Of a stretch of DNA of 13,447 bases, positions 1-8,041 are shown piece by piece. Both the position numbers and the translations under genes were made by a program. Each line of letters opens with the position of its first letter. Positions within the stretch are counted from its first letter, which is position 1. The stretch lies in UHGV virus genome UHGV-0125438. One strand, given 5' to 3'. The notes under the pieces are model-generated. The model was not told the origin of the DNA. It saw only the letters and a program-made list of their open reading frames with translations, and did not search any database. Origin of the DNA: a virus.

Positions 1-51
1 TATGGTGCTCTTGGTCTTAATTTCCACAGATTTCACATGGAGAGAAAATAA
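1..51 (+). CDS. 3' end of an upstream gene (partial, last 16 codons), product unknown
   Basis: Frame 1 is open from the window edge to a TAA at 49-51 that overlaps the next gene's ATG (TAATG, 49-53), a typical translational-coupling junction in phage late operons. Too short to assign a function. Confidence 0.3.
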   Translation, partial: YGALGLNFHRFHMERK

Positions 52-590
52 TGTGTAACCCAGCCATCGCTTTGGTTGCCGTCACAGTGGCATCCACAGC
101 CGCGTCAATGTACAGCCAGAGCAAGCAGGCAAAATACCAGTCAGCCATAGCTGATCGGAATGCTGAAATTGCTGAAGCTCAGGCACAGGATTCAATCAAT
201 CGTGGGAATATTGAAGCGGATCAGCGTCGTCGTGAAATGCGTCAACGCTCAGGCACTGCGGCGGCCACTATGGGTGCTACCGGTGCGGAATTAAGTAGCG
301 GAACAGCTCTTGACGTTTTTGCGGATAATGCTCAGTTCGGCACTCTTGATGCGTTAACGACAGTGAATAATGCTCAGCGTGAGGCATATGGGTATCAGGT
401 TCAGGGAATGAATGCTCAGGCACAGGGGGCTGCTGCTCAGTCGGCTGCTAAATCATCGATGACCAGCACTTTGTTAACGGCACCACTAAAAGCATACGGT
501 GCATACCAGATGGGCGGCGGAACGTGGAGCCCGTTCTCTCAGAAAGCTGCGCCGATTTCTGCTGCTGTTGGTACTCCAACCGGTCGATAA
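51..590 (+). CDS. small virion-associated protein (179 aa), Ala/Gln-rich with an N-terminal hydrophobic segment; possible internal/ejection-associated protein
   Basis: ATG at 51 preceded by GGAGAG (40-45); uninterrupted 179-codon ORF. It is followed 12 nt later by the first of three large co-oriented genes. N-terminal segment AIALVAVTVASTAASMY is hydrophobic. Function inferred from position only. Confidence 0.7.
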   Translation: MCNPAIALVAVTVASTAASMYSQSKQAKYQSAIADRNAEIAEAQAQDSINRGNIEADQRRREMRQRSGTAAATMGATGAELSSGTALDVFADNAQFGTLDALTTVNNAQREAYGYQVQGMNAQAQGAAAQSAAKSSMTSTLLTAPLKAYGAYQMGGGTWSPFSQKAAPISAAVGTPTGR

Positions 591-602
591 GGGGATAATA
601 AG

Positions 603-3116
603 ATGCCAGTTGTACCAACAACATCGGGCCGTCAGGTTCAAAGCAGAGGGATTTCGACGCAGGGATTCTCATCGTTTCAGACACCAAATGTCGGTGATGT
701 ACTTGGCGATGTTGCAGAGCAATATGCAGGTATTATTGCGCAGGCAAAACAGCGTGCGAATGTTGCTATGGCTCAGGATGCTTCTCTTAGCTTAAGCCAG
801 ATAAGCAGCGATCTGCTGAATAACCCTGAAACAGGTTTGCTTAACCTGAAAGGGAAAAATGCTATTGGAAAAGGTCAGGAGTATACGCAGCAGTTTGATG
901 CCCAGGTCGAGCAACTGGCTATGTCGCTGCCGGATGAACAGGCTCGTAATGCTTTCATGCAGCAGGCACAGCAGCAGCGCATTCAGTTCACTACGCAGGC
1001 CGGGCGGCACGAGATAGGGCAAATTAATGCCTACGAAGAAGGTCAGTTTCAGGCGACGCTGCTGAATAATGGTAAAAATGCCGCAGCATTGTATGGCGAC
1101 AATGCCGCATATGTATTGGCTAATAAGCAAACTTTCCAGCAAATTGAGGATTACGGCATTGCGCATGGCTGGAGCGACGAGCAAATCCAGGCCAAGAAAA
1201 TCGAGTTTAAAGAGAAGGTTGCTGATGCCGCATTGTCCCAGTGGTCGGCAAACAATGCGACCGCATTCATCCAAAGTAATGGCGAGTTAAGTGATACTGC
1301 TGCTGGAGCTCGCCGTGCTGTAGCAGATAGTGACTCTTCCGAGCGTGCCCGTGGCATACGCAACAATAACCCAGGAAATCTCGAATACAGCAAAACTAAT
1401 CCGTGGGTAGGCCAGACCGGTGATGATGGTCGATTTGCTAAATTCGAAACACCTGAACACGGGATTCGTGCATTAGGGCGGAACCTGATGTCGTATCAGC
1501 GGCAGGGTATTGATACAGTCAGCGAGATAATTAATCGCTGGGCACCGCCTACTGATAAAAATGACACTATGTCGTATATCAAAGCAGTGTGCGAACAACT
1601 TGGCGTTTCTGCTGATGAGCCTCTCGATGCATCAAATCCTGATACCCTGAAGGCGCTTTGTGCAGCCATTATCCATCATGAGAACGGTAGCCAGCCATAC
1701 AGTGATCAGCAGTTAACTGCTGGTGTCAGTGCAGCACTTGGTTTATCAACAATTCCAACCAACACCAAACGCTATACCGGTAATGCAGCATTCGATGCGG
1801 CCTCTCCTGAGGCGCAGGCAAGTTTTATGCGACAGGCGGATCAACTGCGTCGGCAGCAGCAGGCTGAATATAAAACGATGATTGACAGCCAGGTTCGCGA
1901 TGCGACGGCTGCGTATATGCGTGGCGTTGAATTTCCTAATCCACCTGGTGAGGCTGATTTTATTGCAGCTTATGGCGTCAGAGAAGGAAACCTGCGATAT
2001 ACCGAGTTCAGAAATACGCAGATCGCCGGACAGTATATAGGCTCTTTCCGCAACATGCCGACAAGCAGCATTACAGCATATGTTGAGCAATTACGCCCGG
2101 ATACTGGTGAGACAGGGGAGGGGTATGCGGCACGCGCAGCTCTTTATGACAACGTTGTTTCGGCTGCAAATCAGGTGATAAAGCAGCGGCAGTCGGATCC
2201 TGTGCAGTTCTCTCTTGCCTCCGGACAGGCAAAGCCTATCGACATGAGCAATAAGGATAACTTTGGACAGAGCGTTGCCTTGCGTGCCGCTCAGGTCAGT
2301 GACCTTGCCAAGTCATATGGCACTCCACTGACGTTCTTTTCCAAAGACGAGGCCAATCAGATCGGTGTTTTCTTTCGTGATGCGCCCGTTTCCCAACAGG
2401 CAGCATATCTCGATACCATCAGGCAAAGCACTGGCGGTGGGCAAGTGTATATGTCAGCACTACAGCAGATCAGTGCCAACGCTCCATCTGCTGCCGTTGC
2501 CGGGATACTGATGGATAAGCCTGGTGGTATTTTGGCAGAAAAAAACTGGTTTAATCCGGATGTTTCCGTGTCTCCTGAAACCGCTGCGCAGACAATTCTT
2601 GCTGGCGCGGCGGCTCGTAAAGGTACTGATGATGCGAAAGGTATTCCGATGCCTAAAGATGCTGATCTTCGCCTTGAGTTTTCTGACATGGTGAAGGATG
2701 CATTTGCTGGTGACGCTCAGGGGGCATCAATGGCATACGAGATCGCAAAGGATTATTACGCTGGTGTGATGGCGAAAAAAGGCGTGGTATCAGGCGAAAT
2801 TGACAATGATGTCTGGAAACAGGCTGTTAACGTAGCTACAGGTGGCGTGCATGACTATAACGGAATGGGGAATGTCCTTTTGCCGTGGGGAATGTCTGCA
2901 GAGCAATTCGATAAGCAGGTTAATCAGGCTTGGAATGAACAAGTTGTCGGCTCCGGGATAAAAACACCGCCTGGTCAGTATGGTTTGCAAAGTTACGGCG
3001 ATAGTCAGTACCTGGTGAAACTTGGTACTGGTTATCTGCTGAAAGATGATGGTTCTCCCGTTGTTCTTAATCTGACACAGAAGCGTCAGAGATTCTCCGG
3101 AGATATTCCGCAATGA
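603..3116 (+). CDS. large internal virion / ejection (core) protein, 837 aa
   Basis: 837-codon ORF with ATG at 603 after GGGGATAATAAG; stop overlaps the next start (ATGA at 3113-3116). First of three consecutive 600-840 aa proteins immediately upstream of the tailspike, matching the ejection-protein block of epsilon15-like podophages as I recall it. Contains a motif block (GIRNNNPGNLEY ... HGIRALGRNL ... INRWAPP) that looks like a discrete domain. Confidence 0.8.
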   Translation: MPVVPTTSGRQVQSRGISTQGFSSFQTPNVGDVLGDVAEQYAGIIAQAKQRANVAMAQDASLSLSQISSDLLNNPETGLLNLKGKNAIGKGQEYTQQFDAQVEQLAMSLPDEQARNAFMQQAQQQRIQFTTQAGRHEIGQINAYEEGQFQATLLNNGKNAAALYGDNAAYVLANKQTFQQIEDYGIAHGWSDEQIQAKKIEFKEKVADAALSQWSANNATAFIQSNGELSDTAAGARRAVADSDSSERARGIRNNNPGNLEYSKTNPWVGQTGDDGRFAKFETPEHGIRALGRNLMSYQRQGIDTVSEIINRWAPPTDKNDTMSYIKAVCEQLGVSADEPLDASNPDTLKALCAAIIHHENGSQPYSDQQLTAGVSAALGLSTIPTNTKRYTGNAAFDAASPEAQASFMRQADQLRRQQQAEYKTMIDSQVRDATAAYMRGVEFPNPPGEADFIAAYGVREGNLRYTEFRNTQIAGQYIGSFRNMPTSSITAYVEQLRPDTGETGEGYAARAALYDNVVSAANQVIKQRQSDPVQFSLASGQAKPIDMSNKDNFGQSVALRAAQVSDLAKSYGTPLTFFSKDEANQIGVFFRDAPVSQQAAYLDTIRQSTGGGQVYMSALQQISANAPSAAVAGILMDKPGGILAEKNWFNPDVSVSPETAAQTILAGAAARKGTDDAKGIPMPKDADLRLEFSDMVKDAFAGDAQGASMAYEIAKDYYAGVMAKKGVVSGEIDNDVWKQAVNVATGGVHDYNGMGNVLLPWGMSAEQFDKQVNQAWNEQVVGSGIKTPPGQYGLQSYGDSQYLVKLGTGYLLKDDGSPVVLNLTQKRQRFSGDIPQ

Positions 3117-4915
3117 GTTACTTTGGCCTTAATCCAGTAAACCAGAATCAGCAGCTTGACGAAGCAGCATCAAATCCAGCTGGCTTTAACAGCGATGTTG
3201 GTTTTTTCGACAATGCTGTAGGAGCGGCATTGTCTGGTTTGTACTCCGGGCTGGTGGCAAAGCCAGATCAGTTGCTATGGGCAGGGATGGATAAAATCGT
3301 ATCCCCGATCGCTCAGTTTGTTAACGAAAACACCTCGCTCAATGATACTTCAGTTTCATACATTGCCGAGCAGAGAAAACTAGCAGAGCAGCAGGTTAAG
3401 CGGCTGACGCCTGATGCCGCGACAACCGGAACCGCCGGGCAGGTTCTTTATGGGTTGTTCGATATGGGAGGGCAGGCTGTTGTCGGTACAACGCTCGGTG
3501 GTCCTGTCGGAGGTGCAGCGGCGGTAACTTCGCTACAGGGTTTTTCTGAGTTTGAACGGCTGACAGCACAGGGTGTTGATTTCAGGACGGCGCAGGAAGC
3601 GGGATTAGTGCAGGGCATTACTGCTGGTGCCGGAACACTGATCCCTATGAGCCTCGGGTTACGTGCTGGTGGTGCGCTGGCGGAAGGTGTGGCGGCTCAG
3701 CTTGCGCGGACGGGTGAGAGTTCAGTGCGACGCGCCGCAGCAACAGCAGTACGTGCAATGCCAGATATTGCCTATGCCGCAGGTACAAATATTGCGTTCG
3801 GTATGGCACAGCGTGGGCTTACTGCAAAAACGCTTCGTGATGGTGGCTATAGCGAAATGGCTAACCAGTATGATGTGTTGGATCGACAGGCAATTGCTAT
3901 TGATGCTGTTCTCGGGGTGGCGTTTGGTGGTGTCGGCAGATTTATTAACTCTCGCGGCGAGTCTACAAACGCACCAAATTTTTCACCAGTTGATATCGAT
4001 GCTGCACTGGCTGCGAATGCCGCTCATCATGCTGAAATTGATATTGCGCCCGGCGTGCCGATCAACGTGCTTTCGCGCAATTCTCACATTCAGGCTCTGC
4101 GAAAAGCTATGTCTGATGTTAGCCAGGGGAGACCTGTAGACGTTGCCAGCATTGTTGAGTCTGCATCTTTCAGTGAAATTCCTGGGCGCAAGAGTCTGCT
4201 GTCTCAGGCAGTTAATGAGGCTCTGTCATCTGTAGATGATGGAGTAACGGCGCGCGCTATAGAAAATCGGTTGCTTGAAGAACAGGCCGCGCAGCTTTTG
4301 CCGCGTGGAGATAGACAGGTTTACCAGTCTGAAATCGCTAATAGCCAACGAATTATCGACAATCTCACTGAACAGCGCGCACAAATTCTTGCAGAAGAGC
4401 CAACTGGTAGCGGTAAAGCTTTGTCTCGTGCTCGATCAGATAAACAGGCAAGAATTCGCGATATTGACCAACGAATCCGGCAGGCACAAGAACGCCTGGA
4501 ATTTTCCCGTAACGCGTTGGCACCGCATGAGCCTGGCGGTCAGTTTTTTGAAGCTCGAGCAGAACTGGCACGGAGACAGCAGGCTGAAAGTGAACTTAAT
4601 GCTCAGGCTGTTTCATTCTATAAAACAGCAGAGGTCAGGACGCCAGACGAAGTAGCTCCTTTTGAGCCCGGTAAGATATTGCAACAGACAGAACAAAAAA
4701 TGATGGCAGATCCGGCAGGGGATATTGATCTGCGTATAGCTGAAGACTCGCTGCTTGAATCTCCGGACATGATAATCACCGTGCTGGATGATGATGGTAA
4801 TCCACAATCGCGCAGTGCGCGTGAAGTACTGGATGAAGTGAACAGGGAAAGTGAGCAGGCAATACAGGATTCCAGCCTGTTTGATGTTGCTGTGGCGTGT
4901 TTCTTGAGAGGTTAA
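3113..4915 (+). CDS. internal virion / ejection protein, 600 aa, with Gly/Ala-rich hydrophobic segments
   Basis: ATGA start/stop overlap with the upstream gene; 600-codon ORF. Residues about 100-290 carry repeated small-residue hydrophobic stretches (LGGPVGGAAAVTSL, GITAGAGTLIPMSLGLRAGGALAEGVAAQLA, AIDAVLGVAFGGVG) followed by a charged, helix-prone C-terminal half. Confidence 0.8.
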   Translation: MSYFGLNPVNQNQQLDEAASNPAGFNSDVGFFDNAVGAALSGLYSGLVAKPDQLLWAGMDKIVSPIAQFVNENTSLNDTSVSYIAEQRKLAEQQVKRLTPDAATTGTAGQVLYGLFDMGGQAVVGTTLGGPVGGAAAVTSLQGFSEFERLTAQGVDFRTAQEAGLVQGITAGAGTLIPMSLGLRAGGALAEGVAAQLARTGESSVRRAAATAVRAMPDIAYAAGTNIAFGMAQRGLTAKTLRDGGYSEMANQYDVLDRQAIAIDAVLGVAFGGVGRFINSRGESTNAPNFSPVDIDAALAANAAHHAEIDIAPGVPINVLSRNSHIQALRKAMSDVSQGRPVDVASIVESASFSEIPGRKSLLSQAVNEALSSVDDGVTARAIENRLLEEQAAQLLPRGDRQVYQSEIANSQRIIDNLTEQRAQILAEEPTGSGKALSRARSDKQARIRDIDQRIRQAQERLEFSRNALAPHEPGGQFFEARAELARRQQAESELNAQAVSFYKTAEVRTPDEVAPFEPGKILQQTEQKMMADPAGDIDLRIAEDSLLESPDMIITVLDDDGNPQSRSAREVLDEVNRESEQAIQDSSLFDVAVACFLRG

Positions 4916-4920
4916 ATTAA

Positions 4921-7395
4921 ATGAGACAGGAATGTATACAAGCGGTCCAGCAGGCGGCGCAGCGCACGTTAACGGCGCGAGAAATACAGAACATTGAAGA
5001 CCGCATTTATCGAAATATGCGCTCCATTGCTCGTGATGATCCGATGTCGTGGCGACAACTTTCCGAATCAGAACGGTTGTATCGTGCAGCACAATTGGCA
5101 TCTGAAGAATTACAGCGAGAAGCGGCATTAAAGAAACGTCGTGTGGCTCTCACTATAGCCGCACGTCAGAGATTGGATAAATTTATCAATAGCTATCAAG
5201 GGGCTGATGGGAAACTTGGCGCTCTTAACCGTACTATTGCTTTTAATGCAGACGGTAAATCGAATTTCCTCTCTGTTGAATCCAGAACAAAAGCCACTCG
5301 TGATTATGCATTGAGTCAATTGCAGGAGGCATTTGAAGCAGTTGATCCTCGCTTTTTTGGCCTGTTTGAAGATGAAGCTGGCGTGCGTGACCTGGTATAT
5401 GAAATGCGAGGGCAAAATACTGGCAATGCTAAAGCAAGAAAAGGTGCTAAGGCGTGGAGAGAAGTGACAGAGCTACTGCGCCGCCGGTTTAATGATGCTG
5501 GTGGGGACATTGGCTATCTCGAAAACTGGGGGATCCCTCAACATCATTCTATGGAAAAGGTTGGGGCGGTATCAAAGGATAAGTGGGTTAGCGATGTTAT
5601 AGGTAAGCTGGATCGCAAATATTATACCCGAGTCGATGGACAACTGATGAACGATGCCGAGTTGTCTGCATTTCTTGGAGAGGCTTATAACACGATCGCT
5701 ACTGGTGGGCTGAATAAGCTTACTGATACCGGAATGCGAATTTCCGGCGCACGTGCTAACCGTGGTAATGCATCACGACAGATACATTTCAAAGATGCAG
5801 ATTCCTATCTGCAATATCAGCAACTTTATGGCGATCGCTCTCTATGGGAAATCATGGTCGGTCACCTGGAAGGTATCAGTAAAGATATTGCACTGGTGGA
5901 AACATATGGCCCAAACCCCGATCATGTTTTCCGCTCTCTTCTTGATCAGGTGAAGGCAGAAACTGCAACAGCTAACCCGAGTAAAATCGGTAAAGTCGAG
6001 CGGCTGGCGAACAACACAGAGAATCTGTACAACTTTATTTCCGGAAAGACACAGCCTGTAGCGAATCCGCACATCGCGCGATGGTCTGACAATATCCGCA
6101 ACTGGCTGGTTGCCAGCAGACTCGGATCCGCGTTGCTGTCATCGTTCTCTGATCTTGGAACCATGTATCTGTCTGCGAAGGTTACCAACCTTCCAATGAA
6201 CCAGTTATTCCGCAACCAGCTTGAAGCTATGGACCCAACGAACCGTACAGAACTTGCGCGGGCGCGCCGCGCTGGTCTGGCGATGGAATCTTTACTTGGC
6301 AGCGTTAACCGCTGGGCGATGGATAATATGGGGCCGTCAGTGTCTCGTTGGGCGGCAACGGCGGTAATGCGTGCCAGTGGGCTTACAGCATGGTCAGATG
6401 CGCACAAGCGCGCCTATGGCGTAACCATGATGGGAAGCCTGGGAGAAGTAGTGTCACGGACAGCAGACCTTCGTAGCCTCGATGACTCTGATTTTCGTAT
6501 CCTGAAAAGCAAAGGGATTACTGACACAGACTGGAGAGTATGGAAGCTGGCGCAACAGGAGGACTGGGGGAACGGTAATAATACGATGCTGACACCGGAA
6601 AGCATTATGCGTATCCCTGATTCAGCAGTTAAACATCTTGGTGATCCTGAACGTGTGAAATTTGAGGCAATGCGTAAACTGCTCGGTGCCGTAACTGAAG
6701 AAGTTGATATGGCTGTTATTACACCGGGAGCACGTGAGCAACTGATAACCGGTTCTGGTATTCAGCGTGGAACATGGAAAGGTGAATTAACGAGAAGTGT
6801 TTTCCTGTTTAAATCGTTCCCTATCTCGGTGGTTATGCGTCACTGGTCACGCGCTATGGGTATGCCGTCTGCTGGTGGGCGTGCGGCATATATTGCGACG
6901 TTTATTGCCAGTACGACCATTCTTGGAGCTTTGTCGCAGCAACTTAACGACCTTGCGTCTGGTCGTAATCCTCGCGAGATGACAGGAGAAGATGCCGCAA
7001 AATTCTGGCTTGGTGCTCTATTGAAAGGTGGTGGTCTTGGCCTTTACGGTGACTTTTTATTGTCAGATCACACTAGGTACGGAAGCGGCGCGCTGGCGTC
7101 GATGCTTGGCCCGGTGGCTGGTCTGGTTGATGACGTAGTGAAGATTGCTCAGGGCATACCGTTAAATGCTGTGGAAGGGAAGAGTGAGCAGACTGGTGGT
7201 GATCTGGTGAAGCTGGGGAAAGGTTTGATGCCAGGTGCGAATCTCTGGTACTTGAAGGCGGCTCTCGATCACATGATCTTTAACCAGATGCAGGAGTATT
7301 TTTCACCAGGCTATTTGCGTAAAATGGAGCAACGTTCGAAGAAAGAGTTTAACCAGACATACTGGTGGCGACCTCAGGATGTCACTCCGCAATAA
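4921..7395 (+). CDS. large internal virion / ejection protein, 824 aa
   Basis: ATG at 4921, 5 nt after the previous stop; 824-codon ORF ending TAA at 7393-7395. Third large protein of the block; the only antisense ORFs across it are low-complexity shadow ORFs. Confidence 0.8.
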   Translation: MRQECIQAVQQAAQRTLTAREIQNIEDRIYRNMRSIARDDPMSWRQLSESERLYRAAQLASEELQREAALKKRRVALTIAARQRLDKFINSYQGADGKLGALNRTIAFNADGKSNFLSVESRTKATRDYALSQLQEAFEAVDPRFFGLFEDEAGVRDLVYEMRGQNTGNAKARKGAKAWREVTELLRRRFNDAGGDIGYLENWGIPQHHSMEKVGAVSKDKWVSDVIGKLDRKYYTRVDGQLMNDAELSAFLGEAYNTIATGGLNKLTDTGMRISGARANRGNASRQIHFKDADSYLQYQQLYGDRSLWEIMVGHLEGISKDIALVETYGPNPDHVFRSLLDQVKAETATANPSKIGKVERLANNTENLYNFISGKTQPVANPHIARWSDNIRNWLVASRLGSALLSSFSDLGTMYLSAKVTNLPMNQLFRNQLEAMDPTNRTELARARRAGLAMESLLGSVNRWAMDNMGPSVSRWAATAVMRASGLTAWSDAHKRAYGVTMMGSLGEVVSRTADLRSLDDSDFRILKSKGITDTDWRVWKLAQQEDWGNGNNTMLTPESIMRIPDSAVKHLGDPERVKFEAMRKLLGAVTEEVDMAVITPGAREQLITGSGIQRGTWKGELTRSVFLFKSFPISVVMRHWSRAMGMPSAGGRAAYIATFIASTTILGALSQQLNDLASGRNPREMTGEDAAKFWLGALLKGGGLGLYGDFLLSDHTRYGSGALASMLGPVAGLVDDVVKIAQGIPLNAVEGKSEQTGGDLVKLGKGLMPGANLWYLKAALDHMIFNQMQEYFSPGYLRKMEQRSKKEFNQTYWWRPQDVTPQ

Positions 7396-7404
7396 GGATG
7401 AGAA

Positions 7405-7545
7405 ATGATTGCTTTTATTCTTGTTGTATTTGTGCTTGTTGCCCTTGGCGTTATGAATCGTAAATGTATCATTGAAGACGGTGAATTTGCTGTAGCAGTT
7501 GTTTTGATATTATCTGGTGTAGCAGGGCACATAGGTTTGTCATAG
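7405..7545 (+). CDS. small hydrophobic protein (46 aa), hypothetical
   Basis: Absent from the supplied ORF track (below its length cutoff). ATG at 7405 lies 7 nt after AAGGA (7393-7397) and 9 nt after the upstream stop. My translation is MIAFILVVFVLVALGVMNRKCIIEDGEFAVAVVLILSGVAGHIGLS, two hydrophobic stretches around a charged loop; stop TAG at 7543-7545. Confidence 0.4.
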   Translation: MIAFILVVFVLVALGVMNRKCIIEDGEFAVAVVLILSGVAGHIGLS

Positions 7546-7565
7546 CTTGAGTGTGACATGTCACA

Positions 7566-7581
7566 GGCCGCTTTCGCGGCC
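7566..7581. terminator. GC-rich hairpin (GGCCGC-TTTC-GCGGCC) between convergent genes; possible bidirectional terminator or RNA-stabilising stem
   Basis: Perfect 6-bp GC stem with a 4-nt loop, sitting between the end of the + strand small ORF (7545) and the stop of the - strand gene (7589-7591). No clean poly-U tract on either strand, so terminator function is uncertain. Confidence 0.3.
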
Positions 7582-7588
7582 CTTAAAT

Positions 7589-7846
7589 TTACCGGATTTG
7601 TTTTCGTAATTGTTCGGCACAATAGTCGAGATGTGTTTGCAGATCCTGCATAGACATCTGTGAGCTGGTGACGTAGTTAATCAGTGCAGTCAGTTCGGCA
7701 AGTGGGCCATCGACATTAAATCCATCCTTATCGAGATCCCGGAGTAATTTCATCAAGTGCGATCCCTCCACCAGTGACCTGACGCCTCCCGGCGTGTGAA
7801 TCCTTTCGGTAAATCCGTCTTCCAGTGGATAGTGATACTGCTGCAT
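7589..7846 (-). CDS. small antisense protein (85 aa), unknown function, apparently LexA/SOS-regulated; candidate antirepressor or SOS-induced moron
   Basis: Only convincing - strand gene in the window. I place the start at the internal ATG (7846-7844) because GGAGAAGATAAG sits just upstream on the - strand; the track's longer 126-aa form would run through the LexA box and an AT-rich low-complexity stretch. Product begins MQQYHYPLEDGFTERIHTPGG. A LexA box lies about 20 bp upstream. Confidence 0.55.
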   Translation of the reverse strand: MQQYHYPLEDGFTERIHTPGGVRSLVEGSHLMKLLRDLDKDGFNVDGPLAELTALINYVTSSQMSMQDLQTHLDYCAEQLRKQIR

Positions 7847-7865
7847 CTTATCTTCTCCATGCAAT

Positions 7866-7885
7866 AACTGTATGTTTATACAGTA
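7866..7885 (-). promoter_or_regulatory. LexA binding site (SOS box): AACTGTATGTTTATACAGTA
   Basis: CTGT-N8-ACAG with flanks matching 17 of 20 positions of the E. coli LexA consensus TACTGTATATATATACAGTA, both CTGT/ACAG half-sites intact. It sits in the AT-rich intergenic region just upstream of the - strand gene starting at 7846. Confidence 0.6.
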
Positions 7886-8041
7886 ACAAATAATTTGTTT
7901 GCTATCCAGCACGTTTTGCAAATTACCCGAAAGGTAATATCTATTGGTATTTATAGTCTTTTTATCCATATATGGTTTTTCAGGTAATAGAATAACCAGA
8001 TATGCGGCGCAACGGGTGCTGCGACTATCTGGAGATTTAAC

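Noticed and set aside
792-1274. 160-aa ORF on the minus strand
   Set aside because: Lies entirely inside the well-supported 837-aa + strand gene, has no RBS, and its product is leucine-rich and low-complexity, typical of a shadow ORF.
3663-4139. 158-aa + strand ORF in an alternative frame
   Set aside because: Overlaps the 600-aa gene in another frame; Arg/Leu/Trp-rich composition typical of an off-frame read of a GC-rich gene.
4613-5128. 171-aa ORF on the minus strand spanning the junction of the 600-aa and 824-aa genes
   Set aside because: Antisense to two strongly supported genes; cysteine- and leucine-rich nonsense-like composition; no start context.
5946-6407. 153-aa ORF on the minus strand
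   Set aside because: Completely embedded antisense in the 824-aa gene; no independent support.
7552-7565. TGTGACATGTCACA as a CRP binding site
   Set aside because: CRP sites are TGTGA-N6-TCACA; here the half-sites are separated by only 4 bp, so the spacing is wrong.
7847-7969. Longer 126-aa version of the minus-strand gene starting at 7969
   Set aside because: The extension is AT-rich, low-complexity and would run through the LexA box and promoter region; the internal ATG at 7846 has a strong RBS. Kept as an alternative start only.
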